NCBI GenBank assembly: GCA_022813965.1
Contig: JALDZS010000065.1
Location: 1-64,000 of the forward strand
Origin: Toensbergia leucococca
Lineage: Eukaryota
DNA length: 64,000 bases
Reading direction: 5' to 3'
Notes under the pieces: generated by a model
What the model was told of the DNA's origin: nothing
The model's input: only the letters and a program-made list of their open reading frames with translations
The model's database searches: none
Translations under genes and position numbers: made by a program
Shown: positions 27,066-40,250 of the stretch, piece by piece
Position numbering within the stretch: the first letter of the stretch is position 1
Layout: every line of letters starts with the position of its first letter

Positions 27066-28335
27066 ATTTAAAGGAGTCTGATCTGTAAGACAGTATGAAC
27101 GCTCAGCAAGAGAAGAACCTATTGTGGGGACTTGTGAGTACCTGTAAGCAGCACGTTGAACTCGAATGCCTCCAAGGTGGGTAATACTGCTGGGTAAATA
27201 GAAGCTAGACTTTGGATCCAGTAAATAAGTATAGACGCTCCCTGCTAACCGTGACATAAGTTGCTGCATACCTTGTCACCCTTCCTTCCGTATCAAGAGC
27301 CGGACCAGCTTCGCTGAAGCCATAATCTTGACCCTCTGGCATTTCCGTGAATCAGAAGCATCAAACAATCAAATTGAGCGCTCTAAATTAGCAAGGTGCG
27401 GTCAATCGTTTTCATTTTTACCCTTGCTATCGTGCGCTTCACTGTGGCTAGGTATCTTGGGCTTGCCATTAAGGATCAGGTTAGCATAAAGGCAAGTTAA
27501 AAGCAGTATTTGTCTATTCCGTCCAGGATTGATTCTCTCTTGTGCTGTAATAAGGACCAGCTATTGACCTGCCAACAAGATGGGTAAGGCATGCGCTCTT
27601 GAAACTTTCTATCGCCCATATTTCTTCGCTGCTATATGAACACATACTGCAAATACATTCATTGCTGTTATGCTGGATAAATGAGTAGTCCGCTGTGGAA
27701 TAATAGCTCTAATAATAACGGCTACGACCCAGCTGTTGGAGCAGGCAATGTTGCTGTCGTGATTTAACTTTATTTGAATTGAAAAATAAATGGGTAGACT
27801 ATAGTCACAATAAGTAAAAAGGGGCAGTAGATGGGGAGGTGTTTGTACAGAATATCGAATGAGAATGTTCATATTCATATACGGAGTATTATGAAGTGAT
27901 ATCAAGGAGTGAGGGGAGGAATACATGGTTTACAGATCGAGGGATTGACCTACACCGCGTGACTGCTACTTAAGGAGAAGATGCCTCAGTATCAATGATA
28001 AATTACACCAAATAACCTCAAGAGAGTGACTGTCCTGAATTGACCCGGAGAACAAGGTGTCGTCCATAGTCTTCCATGTCCTTTTGTCAACACGAACGCG
28101 GCTTCTTTGCCGCATACGTTTTAGTCTTTTAATGATTTGGTAGACTTTGGTGCGGATGAGGTATGCCTTGGGTTCAAAAGGTCTAGCACATATAATGCCC
28201 ATCTCGAATGAATCTACAAAGGGCAATAATGTACACCATCTCCGATGCATTTTCTCTGTCCCTCACGCCATACAATGTATTGAAAATTGTAAAATGTAGC
28301 CACCGTTTCTATTGGAGGAGTCATAAACGATATAT

Positions 28336-30698
28336 CTAGAAATCATTCTCATCGCTTCCAGCAATAATTACGTTATTGACCTGCCAAAGACATGAGAAGT
28401 CAGCACACACACACTAAGTAATCACCCTCACCACACTCCCACTCCATCAAAGTAGAAAGCAAGAGAAAGCGTACCTTGAGCACCATCCGACATAATTGCG
28501 TCGCAAGCAATAGCTGCTGCCGTTTCCCAATCAGCGGATCAATCACGAAATGCCTCCGCATATCTACCAAGCCCCAGTCAATTAGCTCCCGTCAACACAG
28601 GGCTTCTCACATAAAACCCCAGGTGACATATATATTTAATAAACATACCATTACTACCCGTCTGCATACAGTCGACTCCCAGCCTCGAATTCCTCTCATT
28701 CACCTGCCTCGACTTGATAGATGCTAACGTCTCAATGGGGCTAAGACCAGAGTTCTCGGCCAGTGCCATGGGGATCGAATCGAGGGCGTCAGCGAAGGCG
28801 CGCATAGCGTATTGCTCTAGGCCGGGGCTCTGGTAGGGGAACAGATTAGTGGGTGTTTCATCAGGTTGGAGAGTTGACACTGACCTTGACAGCAGCTTCC
28901 TCGACGGCAAGGGAGCAGGCGATTTCAGCGGCACCGCCGCCATAGACAACGCGGTTGTCTTTTACGAGATTGCGGACTACACAAAGGGCGTCGTGGAGAG
29001 AACGTTTAGCTTCGTCGATTATCTGTGGGATGTAGATGTTAGAATATGCTCGCAACGATTGAGGCCATTTGGCGAGGATGACGAGAAGGGTAGTTCTTTG
29101 AGTCTGTGCTTTGAAATTGACTGACCATCTTGTTACTCCCTCGCACGAAGATGGTCACTGCTCTCGTGTTTGCACATTCTTCAATGACAAGCATCTTCTC
29201 TCGCGTAGTCCCAAAACTCATTTCTTTCACTATGCCAGCCGTTCCAAGCTTTGCTGCACTGAGATCTTCAAACCGTGGCACAATCCTACCATTCGTGGCA
29301 ATAGCAATAAGTTCAATCTCAGGGCCGCCAACCCATCTCACGGCAGGCAATTTATTCTGTAAGAGCAGATGATTCGCTTCATCGTCGAAACCCCACTGAC
29401 ATATGACCAAGTTCGCCCCTGTAGCTTTTATCTGCTCAATCATTTCCGTAAATTTGTTTTTCTCGTACGTTTGCAGCTTCTTGAACTCTTCTACGGTGGT
29501 AATATCAAGCTTATGCTTGGTCTTTGGCTTCGGTGGCTCGAAAGCGCAAGTTAGTATGGCAAGCTTGGCATTGCGCACTTCGCTGGGCATCTGGGGGTGA
29601 GAAAAGTCCTTGTCGACTATGACACCCTTGACGAGCAGTGTATCCTCCAGGGAGCCACCAACTTTCCCATCCACCTTGATCAGTTCAAAGTCGACGTCTT
29701 TCCGTTCCAGATCAGCGACAGATAAAACAGCATCAACGGCTATCTGAGCGAATTGGTCGTGGGCTTTTGACACGCTAAGGATGGTCAGCCTATCGATTTC
29801 CATCTCGTCCCTCTGAACCTACATCTTGCTTCCCAAACTGGTCTTGGCGACCTCAAAGAGATTTTGTCTCTTGTCCTTGGTGAACTCGACTTTATCACTT
29901 ATTCGATCCAGCTCCGAGACCGCAACCTCACAAGCTTGATCGTAGCCATCTGCTATTCGAATTGGATGTATTCCCTTGTCAATAAGATCCGCAGCCTGTT
30001 CTAGTAAAGCTCCTGCTAACACCACAACCCCTGTCGTACCATCCCCTATTTCGTCGTCTTGAGATTTGGAAAGCTCAACGAGAAGCTTCGCGACGTGGTT
30101 TGAAATTTCCATCTTGATAGCCACTCGTCAGTAGGTTGCTTGGTCGATTTCATTAAGTCCTCGTACCTGAGATAAAATTGTTGCTCCATCATTTGTGACT
30201 GTAATATCTCCGTCCGGCGAAATGAGGATTTTGTCCAAACCCCGAGGTCCCTGTAAACAAGAGCTTCAGCTCGCCGCCTTTTGAATGAGAATATCTACCG
30301 TTCTGAATGTCTTACCAGTGATGTCCTGACAATGTTGGCTACCGTCCTCGCAGCCAAGATATGGGACTTGACAGCATCATTGCCGTGTTGTCTCTTTTTC
30401 TTCCCTTGACTGAAATCTTATTAGCCTAGGATTCTCCACCTCCGTTCCCGCCCTTCGCAGATCTGTATAATTTTTCTTGGATAATATGCACATACTCTCT
30501 AACAACTATGAAGGGTCTACCCTGCTCATCCTTCAAAACCGTTGCTGCAGGCCGCAGACATTAGTAGCTGTAGGACCTTACAACAACATTTGTTGCCTCG
30601 TACCTTGTGACATATCGAGCTCTATACACAAACACGGATCAGTCTCAAATTCCTCGTTCAAATTTCAGAAAGCTCTGGAGATACTTACGCATAGCCAT
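28336..30698 (-). CDS. CCT5: T-complex protein 1 subunit epsilon
   Basis: [88 protein letters not shown]; 5' micro-exons. Confidence 0.96.
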
Positions 30699-31070
30699 CT
30701 CTACAGCTCTGCCTCTCAAGGCAGTATTCTTTGAAGAATTTCAGGTACAACTCGAAGGTCTCATTTATCACGCTTTGCAGATTTGAACGTAGATCTTAAG
30801 AAGGATGTCGTCTATGCGTTGATGTCCAAAATCATCTTGAGGCTCGACTGAAATTATTCGGAGGACGTGCTAGCTTGCATCTGCACGCGACTGGTGACGA
30901 TCCCTGATCGCGAACCTCCACAATTCCTTGCGCCGACTACATCTACTTTGGAGCGCTCAAGCGCACATCAGTACAAGCCAGGCAGTCTACTCAATTAACT
31001 GACTTGCTCTTCATACGTTCACTGCCGCCTTACTGAATCCCAGATCCGAATCCCAGATCCACAACTCGCA

Positions 31071-32250
31071 ATGCCTCGTAGGTCTCATCAAATCTCTGTC
31101 ACAAAACACGTCAATTATCACTCATCCCCTGCTTCTACAGCTCTTGTCGCAGAGAGCGATGCAGATTCAGGGCCCGAAGAAGCTATCCCCCATTACGCTG
31201 CAGATCCTTCTGAGCAAGCCAAGGATGAACTTGCAGATGCCGTCGATGGCAATGCGAGCGAGGCCGACGAAGATGATGAGGATGAGGAGGTGTAAGCTTT
31301 TTTTCTACATCGGGATAACATCATCTGACATTGCGCTTTTCAGATTTATAGTGGAGTCTATCTTGAATCATAGGGGAGACTGGGACGATGTATGCAAAGA
31401 CATCTAGGACTTCCCGGTCAATCAACTTTATCAATTTCCCATGCTGATACATTACGCCTGCAGGGCGAGATGCGATACGAGGTCAAATGGAAGGGCTACG
31501 AGAAGAAGAGCGACCGCACATGGGAAACAGAAGGCAATCTCGAGTAAGCTCCAACTCTCCCCTAATCAACCATCACCTTGCGCATCCCCAATCCTCTGGA
31601 ACACCAATTAACCCCCTTCTCCCCACCCAACAGAGGCGCCAAAGAAATCCTCCAAGATTACTGGGCCCAACTTGGCGGCCGCCCAATGGCCAAACCCAAC
31701 AAAAAGAAACGCAGCCGCCAAAGCACCAGCGGCGGCGCAACCCCCGACACCTCATCCACCAAACTGCCCAAGCGCGGCCGCAAAAGCGACGCCGAAATGA
31801 GCATGAAACCGACCGATCCCGCCGGCACCGAAGACGTGGACGAGGACTGGCGGGCGCCGAAGCTAGAGAGTGGCAGCTGGGAGAAGCATGTGCAGGCTAT
31901 TGAGACGATTGAGAGGGACGGCGATGATGTGCTGTGGGCGTTTCTGGTGTGGAATGACAAGAATGATGACGGGAGGTTCTATCGGTCCAAGGCGAGGCTT
32001 ACGGCTTGTTATGATGGGTGTCCTCAGAAGGTATGTCGCAGAGCTTACGTGCTCTCTCATCGCCCTTTCTGACCAGAGACTGGGACAATATATTGACGAT
32101 TCGACAGATGCTACAATTCTACGAAGGCCACCTGTGAGCCACCATCTCCAATCCCCCACCAATCCCACACTAACCAACACCCTTCCCCCCCCCAGCGTCT
32201 TCACAAGCACCAAAACCTCCGCCCTTCAAAATAATGGCGACTCAGCTTAA
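31071..32250 (+). CDS. HP1: Heterochromatin protein 1 / Swi6 (chromodomain + chromo shadow)
   Basis: Acidic stretch then FIVESILNHR...YEVKWKGYEKKSDRTWETEGNL (chromodomain); basic hinge; SWEKHVQAIETIE...CPQK/MLQFYEGHL/VF (chromo shadow); 7 exons. Confidence 0.9.
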
Positions 32251-33004
32251 CTACCCCAAATACCAAATTAATCTAATCTCCAATCGCTCGCCCAAGCCCA
32301 CAGCAAAGTCGCCCCTCAGCCTAATGCGAGCAAAATCTCTCATCAGCAGCCCAAGCGAGCTCCAAATTCAATAAATCTTCAAAAGCTCTTTTCAAGGTTG
32401 CATTAGCATGGCGTCCGGCGGTCATCCCGATCCTTTTTCAACTCTTCCTTGCTTATTGCCAATTAAGCTGAGGCCTTTTTGATCAGGCGGAACATGTTTT
32501 ACCTCGTAGCTTGATAGGTAGGATCGGAAATGCAGGCTATCTTAGGTAGTGATGACAATTCCAGTATTTGCATTTGCAGTCCTAGAGATAAATTTTTGTA
32601 AGATCAAAAATTATGGATATTTTCTGCTTGGCACGTCGTGACGTTTCTCGTGAGTGACAGGATGAGAATGTGGCATTTTGTTTTAAGCATGTAAGGTACG
32701 AGGTAAGACGGAGTAGGCTATGAATATCTTCGTGGCTAGCTAATAGTAAAGCTAAGTATCTTGAAATGAGATCGTAATGTCAAACAACTATGCAGAGCCC
32801 TTTGGAGGTATAAAGCACCACCTGATAAATCCAAGGTACAAAGCCCTAAATGGTTAACGATGTGCAAAGTTAGTCAAGCCACAAAGGCTCGCAGCAATGT
32901 ATATAGCAATCAGCAATCGATTAGCCTGAACTTGTCTCACAGAGGGATGGTCTCTTGTCAGTGGATGAATCTCAAGCCCACTCGACACTTTCCACGACCT
33001 CACA

Positions 33005-35191
33005 TCAGGCACAAATGATGCCCTTGACCCACTGAACATCCTCCCACTCGGCCTCCCAAATACTCAAAATCGTCATCTTACATCCAGTTCCCACAGGGTC
33101 CCTTTTGATCTTCCCAATAACCCTTGCCATTTTTCCCTTACCGCTTGGCCCAAGGAAGGCCTTGGAATCATGGCTCCACAGCTCCGATCCTTTCCAAAGC
33201 CCATAAGTGCCGCTGAGATATGGCGGCGAATCGCTCTTGTAGAGATCCGCAAACTGGAAATGCTGCGCAACACCCTTTGCTTCTCGTTCTGAATACGTGA
33301 TGCGTGCATAGAGCTCGATGATTGCTTCGGTATTGGTGCGCGAGGCGGCCGCTGCGGCGTTAAGAGCTTCGCCAATGCGGAAGCAGGTTCTCAGTACAAT
33401 TCGAGAGGTGAGGCCAAGGATTGGTGAGCGGTCGCGAATGGATGCCGGGAACGCCGGTCGAGCAAAGGGTAAGGGGTTCCCGTGCTCATCGAAAGAGACC
33501 TGTTTTGGCGTGACTGTAGACTCTACTGGCAACGCTGGCGGCTGCAGTGGCACAGCCGGTACCTGGATGGCTGGAAGCGTTGTTGGTAAAGGTCTGAGCT
33601 GGGTCGGCTCCACAGGAAGAGGATTTTGGAGGTTCGAAGGGGACGATTTAATTGTCGATGATGTAGTCAGCGACTCTGCGGCGGCACTAGACACAGGTGC
33701 TTCGATGTTCAGAAGATGTGCCTCTAAATCATCGTCAGAAAACCCTCCGAGGTCTTCTGTCGCCAAGATGTCCAGGATGTCTGCTTCAATGGTGTCAGCG
33801 AATACTGCATCCTTCGTAGCATGATGATATTTATTAGGAAAAGACTTCGGGTGAAGAGGAAACGAAAATGTTGCTTTCAGAGTAGGGTCGGTTGGAGCAG
33901 AGTCGGCCTCGTGTTCTTCGTGATGTAGATGTGCACATGACCTTAGAACCGGTCTTGGGGGCTGCCGTTCAATGGGGCATATGCTATTCACATTGAAGGT
34001 CTCGCTCCCGGGAGATTCCAATTGCTGAACATCTTGATCGTACTCAAGTCCCTCAGCTAGCTGTACCATGTCTTCAACACCTACGTCTTCCAAAGCAAAA
34101 TCGTCATCGTCTGGTCCCGGAACAACAGTCTGGGTTCCTGTTTCCCTGGGTTGCTTTGGTCGGGGTGAACATAAAAAGCTTTCATTTTCTTGAATTACCA
34201 CATTCGATGTTTTGTCTGTATCAAACGTATCACAAGACGTCGGAGCCAAGTCGTCATGACGGCTTAGGAGCATCAGAAGATCCTCGTCCTGCAAATCTTC
34301 GCCCAGATCACTTGAATCTTCATTTGGTGCTTCGCGAGAAATTTGTGGAATGACTACAGGTGATGTTCTTGCACCAAGCATATCAAGATCAGCCATGACG
34401 GGGAAGACCACTTTCTCGGATGCAACATCAATCGCTATTGTAGTCTGCGAAGACGAATTAATAGATGGGTCGGCCTGGAACACTTTACTTGTGCTGAGGT
34501 CTAGATCTTGGGAAACACTCTGCAAGTAGTTAGACGATTTTTCACTCATAGTCAGAGAAGGGCTCCAAGTCCCATTGAGGTGCGCATTTTGCACATGGTC
34601 CCTGCTTGGAGCTGTTTGGAGCACATGAACCGAGCGTCGAGAGTCATTTGATCTATCGTCAGCTTTTTGATGGTCGAATGCCGCTTCATAAGTATCCTTC
34701 AGCCCTCCTGAAGACTTTGCTTGGCATTTGAGATTAGCTGTTTCACTCATACTCTGCGTCAAAGATTCAGCATTGAAGATTAGCTCCAGCTTACGGCGCT
34801 GGAGTTTCTTTGGCCGATCTTGCGTAATTTGTATGCTTTCATCCCAATTCTCATCTCCGCCTTCGTTTGAAACACCAGGCTTGGTCCGACGGAGGTTCTG
34901 TGAAATATCTTAGCTCTTTGCCACTTTAGTCCTCTTAACATTTCTTACCCTGGCAGGCCTCTTCAATCTATTAGCTGATGGTATAGGTGCTAATAGACCG
35001 TCCTGTCCCATGTTCTGAGCACAATCTTGGATTTTGGCGGAGTTCAGTGATCGATCGTGGCTGCCTCCGTCACCTGGCTGATTCTCGTCCACATAGATCG
35101 CCAGAGCATCTTTAGACGACTCTACCGGTAAGTCTAATAGTGGAGGAGGACAAATTTTGTTGATTGGTGTGAAATTGGAGAGTAGTGTCAT
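33005..35191 (-). CDS. Conserved hypothetical protein: long low-complexity N-terminus, folded C-terminal domain (OB-fold-like by appearance)
   Basis: ORFs 34910-35299 and 33005-34762 share a frame and are joined by a 51-bp intron 34898-34948 (GTAAGA...GCTAAG...CAG) that removes the stop. C-terminal PFARPAFP...LRTCFRIGEAL...ELYARI...QHFQFADLY...WEAEWEDV. Start at MTLLSNFTPIN is uncertain. Confidence 0.75.
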
Positions 35192-35868
35192 TGAAGAAGA
35201 AGTAAAGGATGAAGGGTTGGGCGTCCTGGACGTTCCATGAAGTCTATCAGCATCATCGCAGGAATGAAATGAATACGACTTCGAGGAATTCACACCCATC
35301 TTCTAATCTTGTACTTCTTGACTTGGGTCTCATCTCCGCTCTCCACATCTGTTCCGAGTCGAAATCTGAAACCTCTTGCCGGCTTTGTCTCGGTTACTCA
35401 AGTCTCTCGCATTTGTTGGCCATCATCAGGAGTCAGAAGAAGTAATCACCCCAGCATGCACGGGTGCGTGGTACACAGCATGGGCTCGGAAGTGATTTCG
35501 ACTGCAAATAGTAGTCTCAAGAGTCGAATTTCCAGGACCCCACCTCCCCACCATAAATCCCATTTTCCGTCGTGTCCGCTTCCTGCATTTCCTTTTTTAT
35601 CCCTAACATTCCAGTCATTAACGCCTGAGCATCCTATGCTCTTTCTTCCTCTGTAGAAAAACTCCCATGCATGCGAGTCATGTTATTCTCCGAACGTTGT
35701 CACGGAGCTCTTGGAGCACATCTCAGGCTTCAATAAGAGACAGTCATCCAAGTAACTCTCAGCGTTAATTACGCAAAGTGAAGATCAGATCTTGTCTTCT
35801 ATTCGATGCAACTTCAGATCACTGCTGTCGCGTGAAACTTCCCTTGAGCGCCAGAAGAATCAAGCATT

Positions 35869-37509
35869 ATGTTTTCAGGCCAGGTAAGCTCAATTCATGG
35901 ACAAACCTAGTAGTAGTGGCTTCGGAACCGATCAATGTATCTTTGTATTTGAAGCATGTTCAGCATCTCTTGTCATCTTGCGTTACTTGGTATTGCTCTA
36001 TCTCGTCTTGCAAACATATAGATAGCCACATCCAGCTATATGAATTTCGGTGCATGGCTTATTTGCTATAGCGAGTCAAGAGACGAGTCATGTTAATTTG
36101 CTATTTCTCTACCTCACCTCATTCAAAAAATGCTAAGTCGTTGGCTTTGAATTTTACAGAAGAAGCCTTATACGGCAATCACGGTGCAGATTGAGCGTAT
36201 GACTAGCGAGCAAAATGTATCCGATGATATGAGTGGGATCGTGGATCTTGTCGAGGTTGTAAGATTGCAAGATAGTGGTCCAACCGAAGCTGCGAGGGCT
36301 ATTCGTAAGAAGCTGTGAGTATATGAGAGCTGAGCTCACTTGAAGGGGTATATGGCTAAGTCCCGCCATCCAGCAAGTATGGAAATGTGAATATGCAACT
36401 TCGAGCTTTGACAATACTTGACGGCCTTATTCAGAACGCGGGATCTCGCTTCCAACGCGTATTCGCAGATGAACCTCTCCTAGAACGTCTTCGCGTAGCC
36501 GCTACAGATCCCTTGTCTGACGAAGAAGTTAAGCAGAGATGCCAACTACTCTTTAGACAATGGGCAGTCTCGTACAAAGCTACGCCGGGTATGGATAGAA
36601 TTGCTGCGTTGTATAAGCAATTGCCTCAGCGGAAAAAGCCAGCACGACAAGATCAATCCAAGGTCCTCCAAGAAACCGAGCCTGAAGCAGAGGGAGACCC
36701 CTTCAACAGTCCCAACTCTGTATCCGCCAGCGGGAAGCCATCACAATTAGCTCGTTCGCCCCCAAGCGCGTCAACTTCCTCACGATTAGCCCTTTCCCCC
36801 GGGCCCAGCCTTACCCCTAGGTCGCAGGCCAAACATGATAAGCATGGCAAGAAAGTCAAAACAAAGCCTTTCAATCTAGACAAAGAAAAACCTCAACTTC
36901 TCCAGACCATTGCTTCATCTTCAGTGGCAAGTACTAATCTGATGAACGCCCTAAAACTCATCAACCGAGAGCATAAACAGATAAGCGAAGATCCAGAAAC
37001 CCTGCAAGGGTTCGAGACTTGCAAAGTATTACGCCGGCAGATCTTACGATACATACAGCACGTCGAGAGCGAACAGTGGCTCGGCAGCTTGATCCATGCG
37101 AACGACGAGCTTGTGAATGCCTTGATGGCGTTTGAGATCCTCGACAAGAGCATTGACGACGACAGCGATAGTGAGAATGATGAGTGGGACGCCGACGATG
37201 ATTCGAATGCAAAGTCAAAAGCACGGCATCATGAATTACAGGATTCCTTCGCGGGCTTGTCTTTTGGGCCCTCAAAGACACAAAAACCAGGCATGAGTAT
37301 TTCAATGCCAAGTGTGAGTAGAGGCAGAGGACCTGATGAAGATGAAGATGAAGAAGACTATCTCGAAGAAGAGGATGACAATGATCCTTTTGCGGATAGC
37401 AATGCTGTTCATACACCAAAGGTAGAAAGGCCAGGTATGACTTGGTGAGTCTCTTCGCTGGCAGACTTCTATTCGAAGGAACTAACGTACGAGTAGGAAG
37501 GAAGTCTAG
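35869..37509 (+). CDS. LSB5: VHS/GAT domain endocytic adaptor Lsb5
   Basis: MFSGQ/KKPYTAITVQIERMTSE...SGPTEAARAIRKKL/KYGNVNMQLRALTILDGLIQNAG; GAT region LRRQILRYIQHVESEQWLGSLIHANDELVNAL; C-terminal DPFAD. Confidence 0.88.
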
Positions 37510-37804
37510 TCTCCATACTCAATTCTCTAGGTATAATCAAAGCATCTCATTTGCAAGTCCTTTAGCATTAAAACTACGAGCTTATTTGTAGGCTTATCAG
37601 CAATCAATCGGATTCAAACGCCAAAACACATCATTGAAGATGATTGTGCTTCCTCAGTTTTAATGTCTGTCTGTCACATATTTGACATCTACCCTCTTCT
37701 CTTTCCAAGACATCACTTTCTCCGCCGTACTCTCCGTGCTATGCTTTTCTCTTCGCATGTCACGGACCCATCCAACACACTCTCACTTTCAAAACTGTCC
37801 CTGA

Positions 37805-38053
37805 TCATACCCATTCGGGATCTCTCACAGGCAGACCCAACCCGACGCTTGCCCGCCTCTGATAAGCCTCCTCTATCGCCCCCTGTAGAGTCTTCCCTTC
37901 ATCCTGCACTCTCACTTGCTGATATGAAGGCAAGCCTGCCTCAAGGTTCGTACCGTTTTCAGAGGTTCGAGTGCGACCCCAGCGGAATGTGATTTTGAGC
38001 TTGAAGCAGCAAAGGAAGAGGAAGATGATGAGCAGGTAGAGTATTGTTGACAT
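37805..38053 (-). CDS. Putative small single-pass membrane protein
   Basis: 82-aa ORF with hydrophobic N-terminus ILYLLIIFLFLCCF followed by basic residues and an LEAGLPSY (PY-like) motif. Confidence 0.4.
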   Translation of the reverse strand: MSTILYLLIIFLFLCCFKLKITFRWGRTRTSENGTNLEAGLPSYQQVRVQDEGKTLQGAIEEAYQRRASVGLGLPVRDPEWV

Positions 38054-38794
38054 TTTTGATTAGGGATTTTGCGAGTAGTTTTTCCGATCGAGGCTCAAGT
38101 AATATGATGGCGGTTGGCGTGTTGATTTCGAAACGGAAAGGGTTGGGTTTTGGATGGGTACTAAGTGGAATGCTCAGAGGGGTTATATGGGTATTCATGG
38201 AGGAAGAAATTGAGTAGTCTGCTTGTCTTTGTAGGTGTGAGACTTGGGTGGGTCGAGGGGGAAAGGGAACAATGAATGAGAAAGAGAATGCGGAAATGTT
38301 GCATTGTTCTTGATGATATAAAGAATAGTATCTTTTTTTTTCATTGAAGCGACCAGGACATTGGTTTGGTCATCGACTTTATGGAAAAAGCAGGCAGGTA
38401 CTCTTGCGGCTTCGAGAGTGTAGTGACTGAATTTGAAGGATTCGTTTGGTTGACGACTGGGTCAGTGGTCAATCGCCTCAATATGAGATAGTGAAAGGAC
38501 ATGCAAGAATGACTCAAGAGACAAGCACATTAGAACTGAGAGCCGAGTGATTGTAGTCCGAGACTCTGGAACTCTTGTAATTACCGATCTTGGGATTCGG
38601 TGCAAGCAGCCTTGAAGCCATCATCAACTTCTTGTCGATTCTACCCTCGAGCTTCTGACCTGGTGCGGACTGCATTCCACGCCTGGGTCAAGTAAAACCT
38701 TTGTGTACAAGACGACAAACCCTTTTAATACCCATGACGCCCCGACCAACGCCATACAATGTACGCAAAGCAGACCTCATCAAGTCTCACCACC

Positions 38795-39118
38795 TTAACG
38801 AACCAACATCGACTGGCCAGCACCAGTATCTCGATACTCTTCACCTCCTCCGTCCTCGCCGGGCGAATCAAACGTCTCCGTCTCCCGGCCCTCGTTCTGC
38901 TGCTCGCCAACGCCCCTTTTCATGCCGTTACTGGCCATTATGTTCTTGCCTAAAAAGGACTTTTTGGGAGGGTCGGGAGAGTTGGGGTTGATGGGAGCTT
39001 GACGCATGGGGTTTTGTGCTTTGGGGTTTTCAGGAATTGAGGAGTTTGTGGCGACGCGGATTGGTTGATTTGTGGGATCGTCGGGGAGGTCGCCTTTGAG
39101 GGAGTTGCCGAAGCACAT
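38795..39118 (-). CDS. Putative small hydrophilic protein with MCF N-terminus
   Basis: 107-aa ATG ORF with AACCATG start context; no recognisable domain. Confidence 0.35.
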   Translation of the reverse strand: MCFGNSLKGDLPDDPTNQPIRVATNSSIPENPKAQNPMRQAPINPNSPDPPKKSFLGKNIMASNGMKRGVGEQQNEGRETETFDSPGEDGGGEEYRDTGAGQSMLVR

Positions 39119-40250
39119 GGTTAGAGGTGTGAAGGTGGTGGATTGGGAGGTTGGGTGGTGGCGAGATGGGTGTAGGTATGGTGTGGGTACTGGAGGGAGA
39201 TTTGGGGCTTCAAGGTGGACTTTATCAGTTTATGCCCCGAGGGAAAAGTCGTATGATCATTGTTTATTGTTTATTTTTGACACCTAAGTGTGGTAAGGTA
39301 CCTCCCTAGGTATGCTGAGGGACATAATTGAGTATTATGTCATGACGACGGTTTAGAGTCGCACATACTTCTTGGCAAGGGTTATGCCCTAAGAATATCC
39401 CGGACTCCCGTCCCCAGCTTCCTCAGCTAGCACCAGATCATCATCATTCCTGCATTCTTTGCCATTCTATTACGTTGATCACATTATGCTGTGCCCTGTG
39501 CTCTACACATAAAAGATGAAGGTTATGTGCCAATGACTTGGTAGACATCGTTACCTCAAGTCATAGCCTCCAATGATGGCCGTGGCACTATCTTAGAAGG
39601 AGCGCTCTTCTGCTTTTGCAAATGGCCGTAGAGTCCGTATGACGAAGCTTCGCCTCGCCCTTTAGACGGCTATTGGCAGAGATTCTCAACATGGCACGTC
39701 TTATCTTTTTTTCGAAAGGACTGCGTTGTATCGGACTAGGATCCCAGTTTGCTAGAATTGGTGGCAGGAAGGTAGTTTCAGTGAATCTGATAATATTGAA
39801 ACAACAGACATTTTCTTTCAACCATACCGTCAATTACTGCCAAGAACCAAGTGAACATAGCTGTGCTAAAATTCTTAGTTTTGCTGGTTCATGCTACCCC
39901 AATGTTAATGTTTTCCGACGCCTTCTATCAGTGAACATATTGTTATGTTCACGGCTTCAACGCCTCTGAGCGTTTCGCAATTCAAACACCACGAGACGTC
40001 TCTGATGATTCGAGTTTTTGTTATCGCAGTCTCTTAACTTATCAGTCCTAGTAAAAGTAAATGCTGCCTCGACGTCCTATCGAGAGGTCTCCTAAGAGTC
40101 TTGCTACCGACTAGCTACACGCCTTTTGCAAAAAGCTCCTCCTCTCGTCCTCTCATTCGAACGATGGTTTGCAATTCATAGTAACCATATTAAAAAGACA
40201 TAGCTGGACATTGCCCAACACAGTCCCGAAATTTGAACCCTGAGCCAAGC

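Noticed and set aside
34898..34948. In-frame TAA between two ORFs suggesting readthrough or a pseudogene
   Set aside because: It lies inside a canonical 51-bp GT-AG intron with a branch point.
4902..35191. RAP1, HP1 and an OB-like gene as a telomere/heterochromatin cluster
   Set aside because: Separated by ~24 kb of unrelated genes; no evidence beyond coincidence.
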